Assembly: GCF_001194135.2 (NCBI RefSeq)
Contig: NC_068999.1
Coordinates: 39,697,958 to 39,761,759 of the forward strand
DNA length: 63,802 bases
DNA from: Octopus bimaculoides
Lineage: Eukaryota
Reading direction: 5' to 3'
The notes beneath the pieces were generated by a model. It was not told the DNA's origin. It did no database searches and saw nothing but the letters and a program-made list of their open reading frames with translations. Below are positions 52,691 to 63,802 of this stretch, one piece after another. Within the stretch, counting starts at the first letter, position 1. Each line of letters starts with the position of its first letter. Both the position numbers and the translations under genes were made by a program.

Positions 52691-54411
52691 CTACAGTCTC
52701 TACACCTTATGATGATCACCAGAGGATCAGCAATTCACAACTGGTCATATATTAATTACCTTTCCCCTCATCTTCATCATCATCATCATCATCATCATCA
52801 TCTCCTTTTTTTCCTACTCCTCACCCTCCTGTTAGAACAGGTCAGTTTTTCTTCTTGAAAATCTACCAACAGCTGCTAGGTGAAACAACGAGGTAATGTT
52901 ACTTATAAATCGATAAACAAAGGCACTATCAACTCGCACGTAATTTAGTATCTTAGTACCATTGTGCAATAAATTCAATTTTCCTTCAGAAGGTAAACGT
53001 GTGTATATCGTTTGTCCCTCATTCCACTTTATTATTTATTCCTTATTTATTGTAACATCAGTCGGTAGTTTAGCGAGACTTGCGTTCCTGGCGAGGCTAT
53101 TCACAGATATATTGAATATATCGTACATATATTGAATGTATCATATACGTCTTGCATAAATTTCATTAATGTTTATGTATATGTATATATATATATATAT
53201 ATATATNNNNNNNNNNNNNNNNNNNNNNNNNNNNNNNNNNNNNNNNNNNNNNNNNNNNNNNNNNNNNNNNNNNNNNNNNNNNNNNNNNNNNNNNNNNNNN
53301 NNNNNNNNNNNNNNNNNNNNNNNNNNNNNNNNNNNNNNNNNNNNNNNNNNNNNNNNNNNNNNNNNNNNNNNNNNNNNNNNNNNNNNNNNNNNNNNNNNNN
53401 NNNNNNNNNNNNNNNNNNNNNNNNNNNNNNNNNNNNNNNNNNNNNNNNNNNNNNNNNNNNNNNNNNNNNNNNNNNNNNNNNNNNNNNNNNNNNNNNNNNN
53501 NNNNNNNNNNNNNNNNNNNNNNNNNNNNNNNNNNNNNNNNNNNNNNNNNNNNNNNNNNNNNNNNNNNNNNNNNNNNNNNNNNNNNNNNNNNNNNNNNNNN
53601 NNNNNNNNNNNNNNNNNNNNNNNNNNNNNNNNNNNNNNNNNNNNNNNNNNNNNNNNNNNNNNNNNNNNNNNNNNNNNNNNNNNNNNNNNNNNNNNNNNNN
53701 NNNNNNNNNNNNNNNNNNNNNNNNNNNNNNNNNNNNNNNNNNNNNNNNNNNNNNNNNNNNNNNNNNNNNNNNNNNNNNNNNNNNNNNNNNNNNNNNNNNN
53801 NNNNNNNNNNNNATATATATATATATATATAACTGAACAATTATACTTCAATCGTATCCGTATTCACTATGTTCCCCGTCACCGCAGCCTGCAATCGCTG
53901 AAGTAAATTAGTTACAGTTTAATTCAGGAGCCATATGACAGCATGAAAATAGATATTCGTTATTTTTAATTAGGAAAAATTCGTCGGAATTAGAATACCT
54001 ATCAAGATTTAGACAAAAGAAAAGAAAACGGAAACAATAAAATAAGATGTATCATGGTGTATTAATATACTAATATCGGTAGAGACCGTTCAATTAAAAG
54101 TATTTGCTTTGTACCACAACAATTAGTATTCTGGTTATTAATGTTGTTATCATTATTACTTTCAACGCCGTCATCAGCGGCAGCAGCACCACCAGTAACA
54201 TCATCACCATGGTCATAAAAGCCATCATCATCGTCATCGTCGGCGTCGTTATCATCATCTTCACCGTCCACCTCCTCTTCCTCCTACTCCTACCCTTCGT
54301 ACTCCTCCTCCTCCTCCTCATCATCATCATTATCATCATCACTCTCATTATTAATATTTTTTATGATCGTTTTCTTCATTGTTATTCTTATGTTATATGA
54401 AGTACTAGTAA

Positions 54412-54445
<34 letters not shown>

Positions 54446-55363
54446 CTAGTTGATAGTATTAATCATTGGAAGATTTCCACGATATTTTGGCTTAATCTCA
54501 ATATTCATTTTGAATTATTTTAAACTCATTGTCCAAGTGAATGTCTATATTTAATAACTTTTCATCAGATTGAAGTTTTAGAAGTGTGCAAAAGCAATTT
54601 CATGTCGACCAAGAATTTATTGCATTCTCTCGAAATAACAGTATGCATAAATAAACGAGGAAAATGAAAGAAAACACGCAAAAACAAAGATAATAAAGAC
54701 AAATAACTACAAAACAAATGAACGAAAAGTTGGCAAAAATATAAAACGAAAAAAATATAAACGGAAACCAGAAAGACCTAAGAGATATGAGATATCAATA
54801 TCAATATATACGTTTTTCATCAATACCTAACTGCACTATATTAATTAATTATTAGATACATTAATTTGCTTCCGAAGAGTAAAAGAATAAAAAATCAGAT
54901 TTTTATCTGACTAAATATTCGGATCAAATAGTCGATTCGCACGGCCATTCACTAGATATTGGAGAAAGATATGTGATGTATCTTCTAAACGCCAAGTGAA
55001 AGTAATCATTCCAAATGGAATGCAATGTTTCACTATGTCGGTTTCATAGACAGAGCCAGAACGCTACATTAAATATAACTTTTGTTATGCTAATTACGAT
55101 ATGGAAAATTAACTTCTGATAACTTGTTTCAATACTATGTAAACTTTATTGGCGTGTAGCTATAGAATTCTCGATAAGCATACTACATGCAACGATCCAC
55201 GTCTGTCTCCCGTTTCGATTTCCGATTGAAAACCAATTCCACTATTTCTCGTCACATTTGGCATAATCTCATTTCTCTTCCCTGTAATCTTCCAGTCAAG
55301 CGTCTAATTAAAATACTAATATATAAACACACTCTCATACATACATTTACATATGTATACATG

Positions 55364-55397
<34 letters not shown>

Positions 55398-56009
55398 NNN
55401 NNNNNNNNNNNNNNNNNNNNNNNNNNNNNNNNNNNNNNNNNNNATATATATATATATGTATGTATACATATATATATACATACATATTGGCAAATTCTGC
55501 TATTTACTTGGTGTCTCGATGCGATATGTTCTGAGTTTATAAATCTACAGAAGTTCAAGTTTACTTTTATATATCTTAATTCGACGAAACCATTTCTAGA
55601 GTAGGAATTTACGTCCGTTCTTTGGAAACTTCGAAAGTGTATCTACCTCGTAATATTCTTTGCCTTAGAACTATGTAATGGATCAATTCTGGGAAACGTC
55701 TTACTGTTATTAGTGAGCAGGGGGTGATACTTAAATAATTATGTACTAAATGTTAGTTGATATCGTTTATTAATATATAAATGGACATGGCAACGAAAGA
55801 AATTCTACATGTTGTTTGGAACTACTAAACGTTACTGCCATAGATCTCACCGATCATTTAGCAAAGGTTACTGAGACATAGCACGCGGTGTTTCTCAATA
55901 CAACATCTCCAGTTAAAAATATAGTTGGGTATGGCTACAGCATCACTGATTTGACACTAATTCAAACATGTTTTGTGATGTAATTCTCGCCAAGTACTAT
56001 AATCTATTT

Positions 56010-56200
56010 CGCATTGAAAGTCACCTCTATACGTCTCAAGGTTATACTGTCGCAGAAGATTTTGGCCAGTGTGTGGTCGAACTGAAAATGCCGCACGTGT
56101 TCATCGAACCACTCAACCACTCGACTGTGTATATGACCAACATGATAAGTCAAAAAGACATGTCGGAATGTTTCCACGGTATAAGACCCTTAACTGTTCC
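56010..56200 (-). pseudogene. Possible heavily decayed Tc1-like DDE transposase fragment
   Basis: Minus strand gives HIHSRVVEWFDEHVRHFQF, then after a frameshift HWPKSS. This loosely resembles HxARVVxEWFEEH...WPPNSPDLNPIE, but the SPDLNPIE motif is not preserved. Confidence 0.25.
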
Positions 56201-57816
56201 GTATTCGGTTATACTGAGTATCATACTTAATGTAGATGTTATCTTTACAGGGAAAATTCATACTTAATACTGAACTACATGTTAATTTATTTTTCTCGGA
56301 AATATAAACTCAAATTGGAGTATTGACAGATGTGAATAGAAGTTTGCCGAGAAAGCCATTTTCAAACTAACAGAATCACATAAGCTCATTACCAATATTA
56401 ACCTCTAAACGCACTTTAGAGCAACATCCAATATACCTTATTAGATACAATTGAGTACCTGATCCAGCCAGTGGCGTGTTACGCAAATTACATGAAATTT
56501 ATTCTACGTAGATGCACGTTATGAATAATCTGAACTGCTTGTTATCTTGGAGAAAGCAATTGTCTCGCTTTAGTAATGATACTGTGTCGCAGTAATACGG
56601 CATGTAACGTAATATAATTTTAGCATGTACAGATCAAAGTGGATAAAACAATTGAATGAAAATTTTGTAGAACATATGAGAATACTCCTAAAATTACCAA
56701 ATACAGGTTTTGATAAAATAAGAAGGAATGGAATTTAGGACAAATTATTGAAATATAGAAGTATGCATTATATAATAGGAAAATAACAGATTTGGTTGTT
56801 TTCGTTTCAAGAAATAGCAATCACATGTCTCAAATCACAACCTGTAATCTTAAGAATAGAGGAGGCAAGTGATTCCACGCTTTTCGAATCTATTAAAAAG
56901 ATGACACTTTAAAGGTAGAATAACTCACTTTAATCTTAGATTTGCTCGATCGGAGTTAAACCTACTGAACACCAACCAAATAATTTATTTTTAAAAACCA
57001 CCATTTAACGATAAGCATGTCATAGATATTCCGCGTCAGATTTGCTTTAAAAACTTGCGTGACTGTGCATAAACAATGAAGTATACGCTGAAATATTACA
57101 GTCTGAAGAACGCTCATCGTCGAGACCGGCGGAGGATCTACAACATGTTAATTGCTTTTACCACGAAATAAGGAAAATTATACCTTAATGTGAAAGCAGT
57201 AAATGAAATAATAAACAAAAGCAATAAGAATCAGGCGGGTATGTGTTCTAATAATTTTAATACTGTGACAACGATGAAACAATCTAAATTTCATAAATAA
57301 TATAAAATTAATATTCTGCTAATAATTATTTCATTATTTTCTGCTAAAATTTTGCCTTTCTTCGATTCCCAGAATAGTTGACTGAAAATATAACAAACAG
57401 TGACCACTTTTTCTAAAATCCCAACTTGTAAACCTAACACGCAATTGTTATATATATATATATATATATTATATATTATATATATGTGTGTGTATGTACG
57501 TATGTATGTATGTATGTATGTATGTATATTTGTATGTAAATGTATACACAATCAAACATAATTTCGCCTTTGTAAATGTACCAACCGACTACGGATATGG
57601 AAAGAGTTATAGAAACTTGTACGTGATACAAATGCAGAGACATTCAGAATAACTAATGCACTCACCGCACACGACACACAACAACTGCCAAACTACATAC
57701 ACGTTCTTGAAATATATATATATACATCACTTCAGGAAACACTTTCGTTTCTGAATGCATACACTTCCAATTATCAACTGTAAATAAAACACTAGAATCT
57801 AAACATCTATAAATTT

Positions 57817-57818
<2 letters not shown>

Positions 57819-57906
<88 letters not shown>

Positions 57907-57907
57907 A

Positions 57908-57954
<47 letters not shown>

Positions 57955-58327
57955 TTCATATAATGATAATAATAATTTATAAAGCTACAAATAATTTTAT
58001 TATTATTATTATTATTATTATTACAATTATCTTAACGTTGTTGTTATTGTCTTTGTTGTTATTATCCTTTCCTAGTCCTCGTTGTTCTTGTAATCTTGAT
58101 CGTTGTTTTTAAAATTATCAATGCCATAATTTGTCACGTCGGTTTTCTCTAAACAAAATTTTAATTAAATTAAATGCAAATTATATTCATTGTTATTATT
58201 ATTGATAATATCATCATTACCGTCGTCATCGTCTCCGTTGCCGCTGTCGTCGTCGTCATCATCAGCAGCATCGTTTAATAACAACGACGACAACAATAAC
58301 AACAACAGCAACAACAACAACAACAAC

Positions 58328-58421
<94 letters not shown>

Positions 58422-58460
58422 TCTGTATAGAACAACTACCACCATCACCACCACCACCCC
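57819..58460. repeat. Cluster of trinucleotide repeats (AAT, AGT, TTA, CAA, CAC)
   Basis: Directly visible. Confidence 0.95.
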
Positions 58461-59210
58461 ATAATGCACTGCTTTAAGTATGACCAATTAAAAATACTGC
58501 AAATATGTGTATTTTGTGAAGTGGTATTATTTTAACTCTAATTAGAAGACATTCCTAATTAACTATTGTATTTATTAGATTCGTAAACAATCATTGGAGA
58601 AAATATCAATTTAAAAGGAGATAAAAATAGTATTGGATTTATTATTTCATGGCAATATCATAACACGATATAATATTCAGCGTTTTTAACTAATTATAAC
58701 GATTAAATTATTTACACACTGTTTGTAATTGAAATCTGTTAAGATTAAATAAACATATCGATTTTGTGTTGGATAAATCTTGATTTAAAATATTTTGTGA
58801 ATGTAAGCTGTGTAAAGATAGAAAGGGTTTACAGAACTATGAATCGAAGCTAATACAATTAAGTTGACACACGTACTAATCGAGTATAAGAATCCTGCAT
58901 CGTCATTATATGTTGCTGTGTCTCAACGCTAGAAACTAAACAGCAGAAGAGCTGTTGAGATGTCATACAATGCCAGATATATTTGCCTTTTATTTCTGAT
59001 CTTACAATATGAAATTAAGAAGGAACATTTCACCTATCTCAGTACAAAGAATTGTTGGATGTGAATAAGAACTCTGAGATAGAAATTGGATGCAATGAGA
59101 AAACTAACGAAAATATTATTGAGAACTTTGACATGAATATAAATATGAAAGATTTCATTGTACAGCTTTGGAAATGAGACAACTGCCATCAAGTAGATGT
59201 TGATGGAGAC

Positions 59211-59398
59211 AATATTCCTTTCTACTCTAAGTACAAGGCCAGAAATTTTGTGGGAGGGGCCCAGTCGATTAGATCGACCCAGTACGCAACTAGTTCTTAA
59301 TATATCGACCCCGAAAGGATTAAATGCAATGTCGACATCGGCGGAATTTGAACTCAGAAAGTAAAGACAGACGAAATGCCGCTAAGCATTTCGCCGGC
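59211..59398 (-). mobile_element. SINE family A
   Basis: CCAGTCGATTAGATCGACCCAGTACGCAAC...GACCCCGAAAGGAT...GGCGGAATTTGAACTCAGAA...GCCGCTAAGCATTTCG. Confidence 0.9.
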
Positions 59399-59454
59399 CT
59401 CTATATAATCTTCAAGAAGCAAATTCATTAAGAAAGTATTGGTAGGTGTGAAGC

Positions 59455-59545
59455 TACGTCAGAACACACTTGCGCAACGGGTGTTCCAGTGGAGTTGAAC
59501 CCGAAACTGCTTGGTTGCAAAGTGTGCTTCTCAATCATATAAATA
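59455..59545 (-). mobile_element. Degenerate family B tRNA-like head
   Basis: ACACTTGCGCAA...CAGTGGAGTTGAACCCGAAAC..TGGTTGCAAAG..GCTTCT parallels 11225-11300. Confidence 0.5.
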
Positions 59546-59984
59546 TGCTTGTCTTGAAGGATTTACCGACTTCAAGATAGTTCAGCGTAATATTACAATA
59601 TTCGTTAGACTTGGGCTCTTAACAGATATGATCTTCTCTAGAGTGACAATCACCGCACGTTTTATATTTAACACTAAAAAGCTATCATAATCCAATATAA
59701 TACGTTGGGCTGGGATTAAATGGATGAATGATCATATAATCTGGTGTCTGTGTTCCTTGTTTTAGATTGTGGGTAAGATTTGTCAGAATTGTGTCTTCTA
59801 ATTTTAGTTAATCAGGCGATTCCTCAGACAAGTCCCCTTCCAAGACCGCTCTTTCACTGGGCGATACCTCGATATGTATGGTATCAAACAAGTGAAGGCG
59901 TGATATTCAGCCCATTTAAAAATAGTAACATATGTGGCAGACCGTAAAAAAAATGTATCATGCGTGTATGTGCTCGTGTTTGTG

Positions 59985-60017
<33 letters not shown>

Positions 60018-60123
60018 GCATTTCCATGTATATACACATATGTCAGTTGCGTGTTTATATATATGCATTTCCATATATATATATATATATACATATATCT
60101 GTGTGTGTTTGAATATATGTATG

Positions 60124-60181
<58 letters not shown>

Positions 60182-61461
60182 CATACGTAAATACATACAT
60201 AGAGATATCTAGAAGCAGACGCAGATACGGATATATAGATGCATAGATACATACTTATATACACACAGACACACACGTACACACACACACACATATATAC
60301 ACACATACAAACACACATCCCGAGCTGGCAATAAGCCAAATTCACATAACCCTATTAACATGTGACCACATAAAAAAAACGCAATATATTTATTCTAAGA
60401 CAATAAGTTATCACTTGAGGCCTATTTTTGACCGTAACAAGATAGTTGCTGATCCTCCTCCAGCGAACATTAGCTCCAATCACCATATATTGTATGGTAA
60501 GATAGAATTTTACCTTTCCAAAGAACATTAACAGCGTATGTGAGATGAAATTATTTCGATGTGGTTCAAACGGTGGCATTTTATAGGTTGGCCGTTAACT
60601 TTTCTTTTATTTAGATTTTTTCTAATACCATTTGACCACAAAATGTCTAATGCATGTGATTAAGCTTCCTTCGACAAACATCCTTTATATTTATGAAAGA
60701 AGCGCTTACGGATTTAATGAACGTAATGCCATGTCGAAAGGGAAGAAAAAAAAACTGGGAATAAAATGAAAGAACGATGTGGGGAAAATGTCAAACGTAT
60801 TTCATGTCGATGCACATCATCGTGTGGACGTCTTCAAAGGAAATAATAGGAAGCCAATATCTTTGTGAGAAATACAAATGTATCCTAGGAGAATCAAACA
60901 GAGTACATACAAAAATCCTTTTAATGTAGGGTGTTGAGTATGTGACACCTTTGAAATAATACTATAAAATATTAAAAGGTTATGCTTGTGTTCCGTTTAT
61001 GTAATTCAGAACTCATGCAATTCTAATTAATCGAGGAATTTGGAATAGATGACAGATTTGACATGAGGTAGTAATATACAAGATTAAATCGACTTTGAAG
61101 AAGCACTATAAAAGCTTGGATCTGAGCAAACGCTTAGCAAACGATCTCTATCACCATATAAAATTATGGATAATGATATAAATATTACGCACGCATATAG
61201 GAACACAGGCGTATGTACACGCAACTGACATATGTATATATAATTGGTATATCTGGATCTACTTTACAATATATATGTCCTCTCTTCTACACCTCCGTTT
61301 CTGAATACCCATACTCGTTATACACAAAAGTACACAGTAATTTACATGCATACATACATGCATACATACATACATACATAGAAACATATATATATATATA
61401 TGTGGGTGTGTGTGTGCGTGTGTGTGTATGCATATATATGCACATATATGATGTATATGTA

Positions 61462-61498
<37 letters not shown>

Positions 61499-61660
61499 TT
61501 ATATATATATATANNNNNNNNNNNNNNNNNNNNNNNNNNNNNNNNNNNNNNNNNNNNNNNNNNNNNNNNNNNNNNNNNNNNNNNNNNNNATAAATAGACC
61601 TACATATACACAGACATATAATACATTCAACAATGACAACTATTTATTATTTTTTAAGGA

Positions 61661-61815
61661 TAATAATTTCAAATTTTGGGATAAGGCCGGCAGTTTCGGA
61701 ATATGGCAGAAGTCGTTTACATTGACCCAAGCATTCAACTGGTACCTATATTAACGACCGTCAACGGATGTACTGTAAAGTTGACTGCGACACAATTTGA
61801 GCTCAGAACGTAAGA
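61661..61815 (-). mobile_element. SINE family A, diverged and truncated
   Basis: CAACTGGTACC..TTAACGACC...AAAGTTGAC...AATTTGAGCTCAGAACGTAAGA. Confidence 0.7.
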
Positions 61816-61818
61816 TTC

Positions 61819-61853
<35 letters not shown>

Positions 61854-62309
61854 GACAGCTGAATGGAAGCGTTGAAAACTGAAACAAACACACGCACAAA
61901 GAAAAAAATATACAATACTATAGGCATAGAAACCAAACCATTAACCTAAAACGATATATTGAATAGATTGAAGGTTTACTTAAGGGAATGTTTCACACAG
62001 TTTCCTACTGCTCATCCTGTTATATATTTATAAAGAATATGAGAGAAAATTACATTTATCATAGCCTCCATATTAAGTTTGGTTTAAGGGAAATGTTGTT
62101 ACAACAATCCGTAAAATATATTGGAGTAGTCACTCGTGATTTCTGAACAATAGTGTGCACGCATAACTATGTACACTTCTAGCTTGGTCCTACGAACCTC
62201 TCTTTAACGGATTTTGGAAGCAGCGGATAAAACCTGGAGCAGCTGAATGGTTTTGAAATTCCCGCGTGCTACGGATAGAGTTGAATTTAATGTATTATAG
62301 AGTATATGT

Positions 62310-62697
62310 GGAGGCACAATGGCCCAGTGGTTAGGGCAGCGGACTCGCGGTAGTAGGATCACGGTTTCGATTCCCAGACCCAGACAACGTGTTGTGAGTG
62401 CTTACTGAGCGAAAACACCTAAAGCTGCAAGAGGTTCCTGCAGGGGGTGGTGGCGAATCCTACTGGATTCTTTCACCACAATTTTCTCTCATTCTTTCTT
62501 TCTGTTTCTATTGTACTATTTTTTTTAAAAGGGCCAGCCTTCCCACACTCTATGTTACCCTGAATCTCTCCGAGAACTACGTTAAGGGTGCACGTGTCTG
62601 AGGAGTGTTCAGTCACTTGTATGTTAATTCAACGTGGAGGCTGCTCCGTTGATCGAATCAACTGGAACCTTCGACGTCGTATCCGATGGAGTTCCAC
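62310..62697 (+). mobile_element. SINE family D, apparently full length, tRNA-derived head
   Basis: GGAGGCACAATGGCCCAGTGGTTAGGGCAGCGGACTCGCGG head with Pol III boxes. Homologous along its length to the reverse-strand copy at 43474-43759. Confidence 0.9.
62320..62375 (+). promoter_or_regulatory. Internal RNA Pol III type-2 promoter (A and B boxes) of the SINE D copy
   Basis: A box TGGCCCAGTGG at 62320-62330 and B box GGTTTCGATTCCC at 62363-62375. Confidence 0.7.
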
Positions 62698-63559
62698 AAT
62701 AACGTATATTTACAGTGTACGGGTACGTTAAACTGTCGGATTGGATAGTGTGTTTGATAAAAGATAGAGTACTGTATTCATTCTTCTGTCTTTCATAATG
62801 CAATTGGTGATGATAGCCACTCCTAACGTAACCTAACCTTAGGGTCGGTACCTACGGACAATCGGCTTCATCCGATCGATGTTCCCAATCTTAGTCAGTG
62901 GTACCGATGTATGAGTGTATATTCGTTAACACATACAGACAGAACACGTGCGCACATGCTCGAGTACATATATACATATATACACATATAAGCACACACA
63001 TATCTTGTAAATATATATGTGTATGTGTGTCTGTGTCTGTATTTTATCGATATATATATATATATTGTATTACATACCTGTATTCATGTGTGTATATGTA
63101 TGTATATATATATATATTTCGTTTTTTTATTTGGTTTGCAAGATTTTTTTATGTGATTTCGTGTGTTGAAGCATATTCTGTTGTGTCTGGGGATAGTCAT
63201 TTTCTTATCGTGCCTTAAAATTTAACACACTCACCGTTAATTTTTCAACTTATTATATTTATTTTCCTAAAATCTTCTTTGCGTCTTGCAACCTTTTAAG
63301 GCACGATAAGAAAATGACTCTCCCCAGACACAACAGTTTATATATATATAGTATGGCTTCCTCGCGAAATTCGGTTCTTTTAACTATTTTATGCACGATG
63401 AGAAGATGAATGACAACTGCAAAATTTGAGTGGAAACATAAAAGGCAACAAAAGTATATTGTATGTGACAATTTCTCTAACGATCCTAAATAACCTTATT
63501 CGATAAAATTATTATGCATATAATAACAACGACACGGAAAACAAGAATTGTAGTTATGT

Positions 63560-63561
63560 TA

Positions 63562-63631
<70 letters not shown>

Positions 63632-63633
63632 TG

Positions 63634-63702
<69 letters not shown>

Positions 63703-63710
63703 GTAATAAT
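63560..63710. repeat. (AAT)n microsatellite
   Basis: Directly visible. Confidence 0.97.
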
Positions 63711-63802
63711 GTTTCTTGAGCACTAATGTACATATGTGTATTTATGTGCGTGAGTAAAGACATACATATACACAAACAAATATGTGTGTTCGTGTACATA
63801 GT

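Noticed and set aside
55968-56267. 99-aa plus-strand ORF as a gene
   Set aside because: No domain or splice support. The opposite strand looks more like a decayed transposase, and that call is also weak.
57100-57135. CTGAAGA-ACGCTCATCGTC-GAGACCGG hammerhead-like string
   Set aside because: GAAA is replaced by GAGA, there is no UH triplet and no helix I.
62310-62385. tRNA gene
   Set aside because: Has A and B boxes but no complete cloverleaf, and continues into a SINE body that is also present at 43474-43759.

Overview
AT-rich eukaryotic draft-assembly window, about 12% N in 19 gaps (about 7.9 kb), most bordered by (TA)n, (CA)n or (CT)n runs. The repeat content matches what I recognise from octopus/cephalopod genomes; this is recognition from memory, not a database search. 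I find no protein-coding gene I can defend. Nearly all ORFs in the track are translated microsatellites or N runs, so the window is probably intronic or intergenic. Supported content: about 20 copies or fragments of three tRNA-SINE-like families (my labels A, B, D), a decayed RTE-type LINE reverse-transcriptase fragment (16440-16655), a Tc1/mariner transposase C-terminal remnant (38068-38175), and many simple repeats. The most interesting signal, which no ORF reveals, is a set of minimal type I hammerhead-ribozyme motifs in short repeats docked against (TA)n microsatellites. One has a canonical core at 7309-7373 and is enclosed by a perfect 23-bp inverted repeat. One has a variant core (CUGUUGA plus an extra A) at 5191-5227, with a truncated second copy on the minus strand at 52174-52260. 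A decayed candidate lies at 47185-47230. The intact motifs have a palindromic helix III, the architecture known from Penelope-like elements and retrozymes, which implies dimeric self-cleavage. All folds were done by eye and activity is untested.
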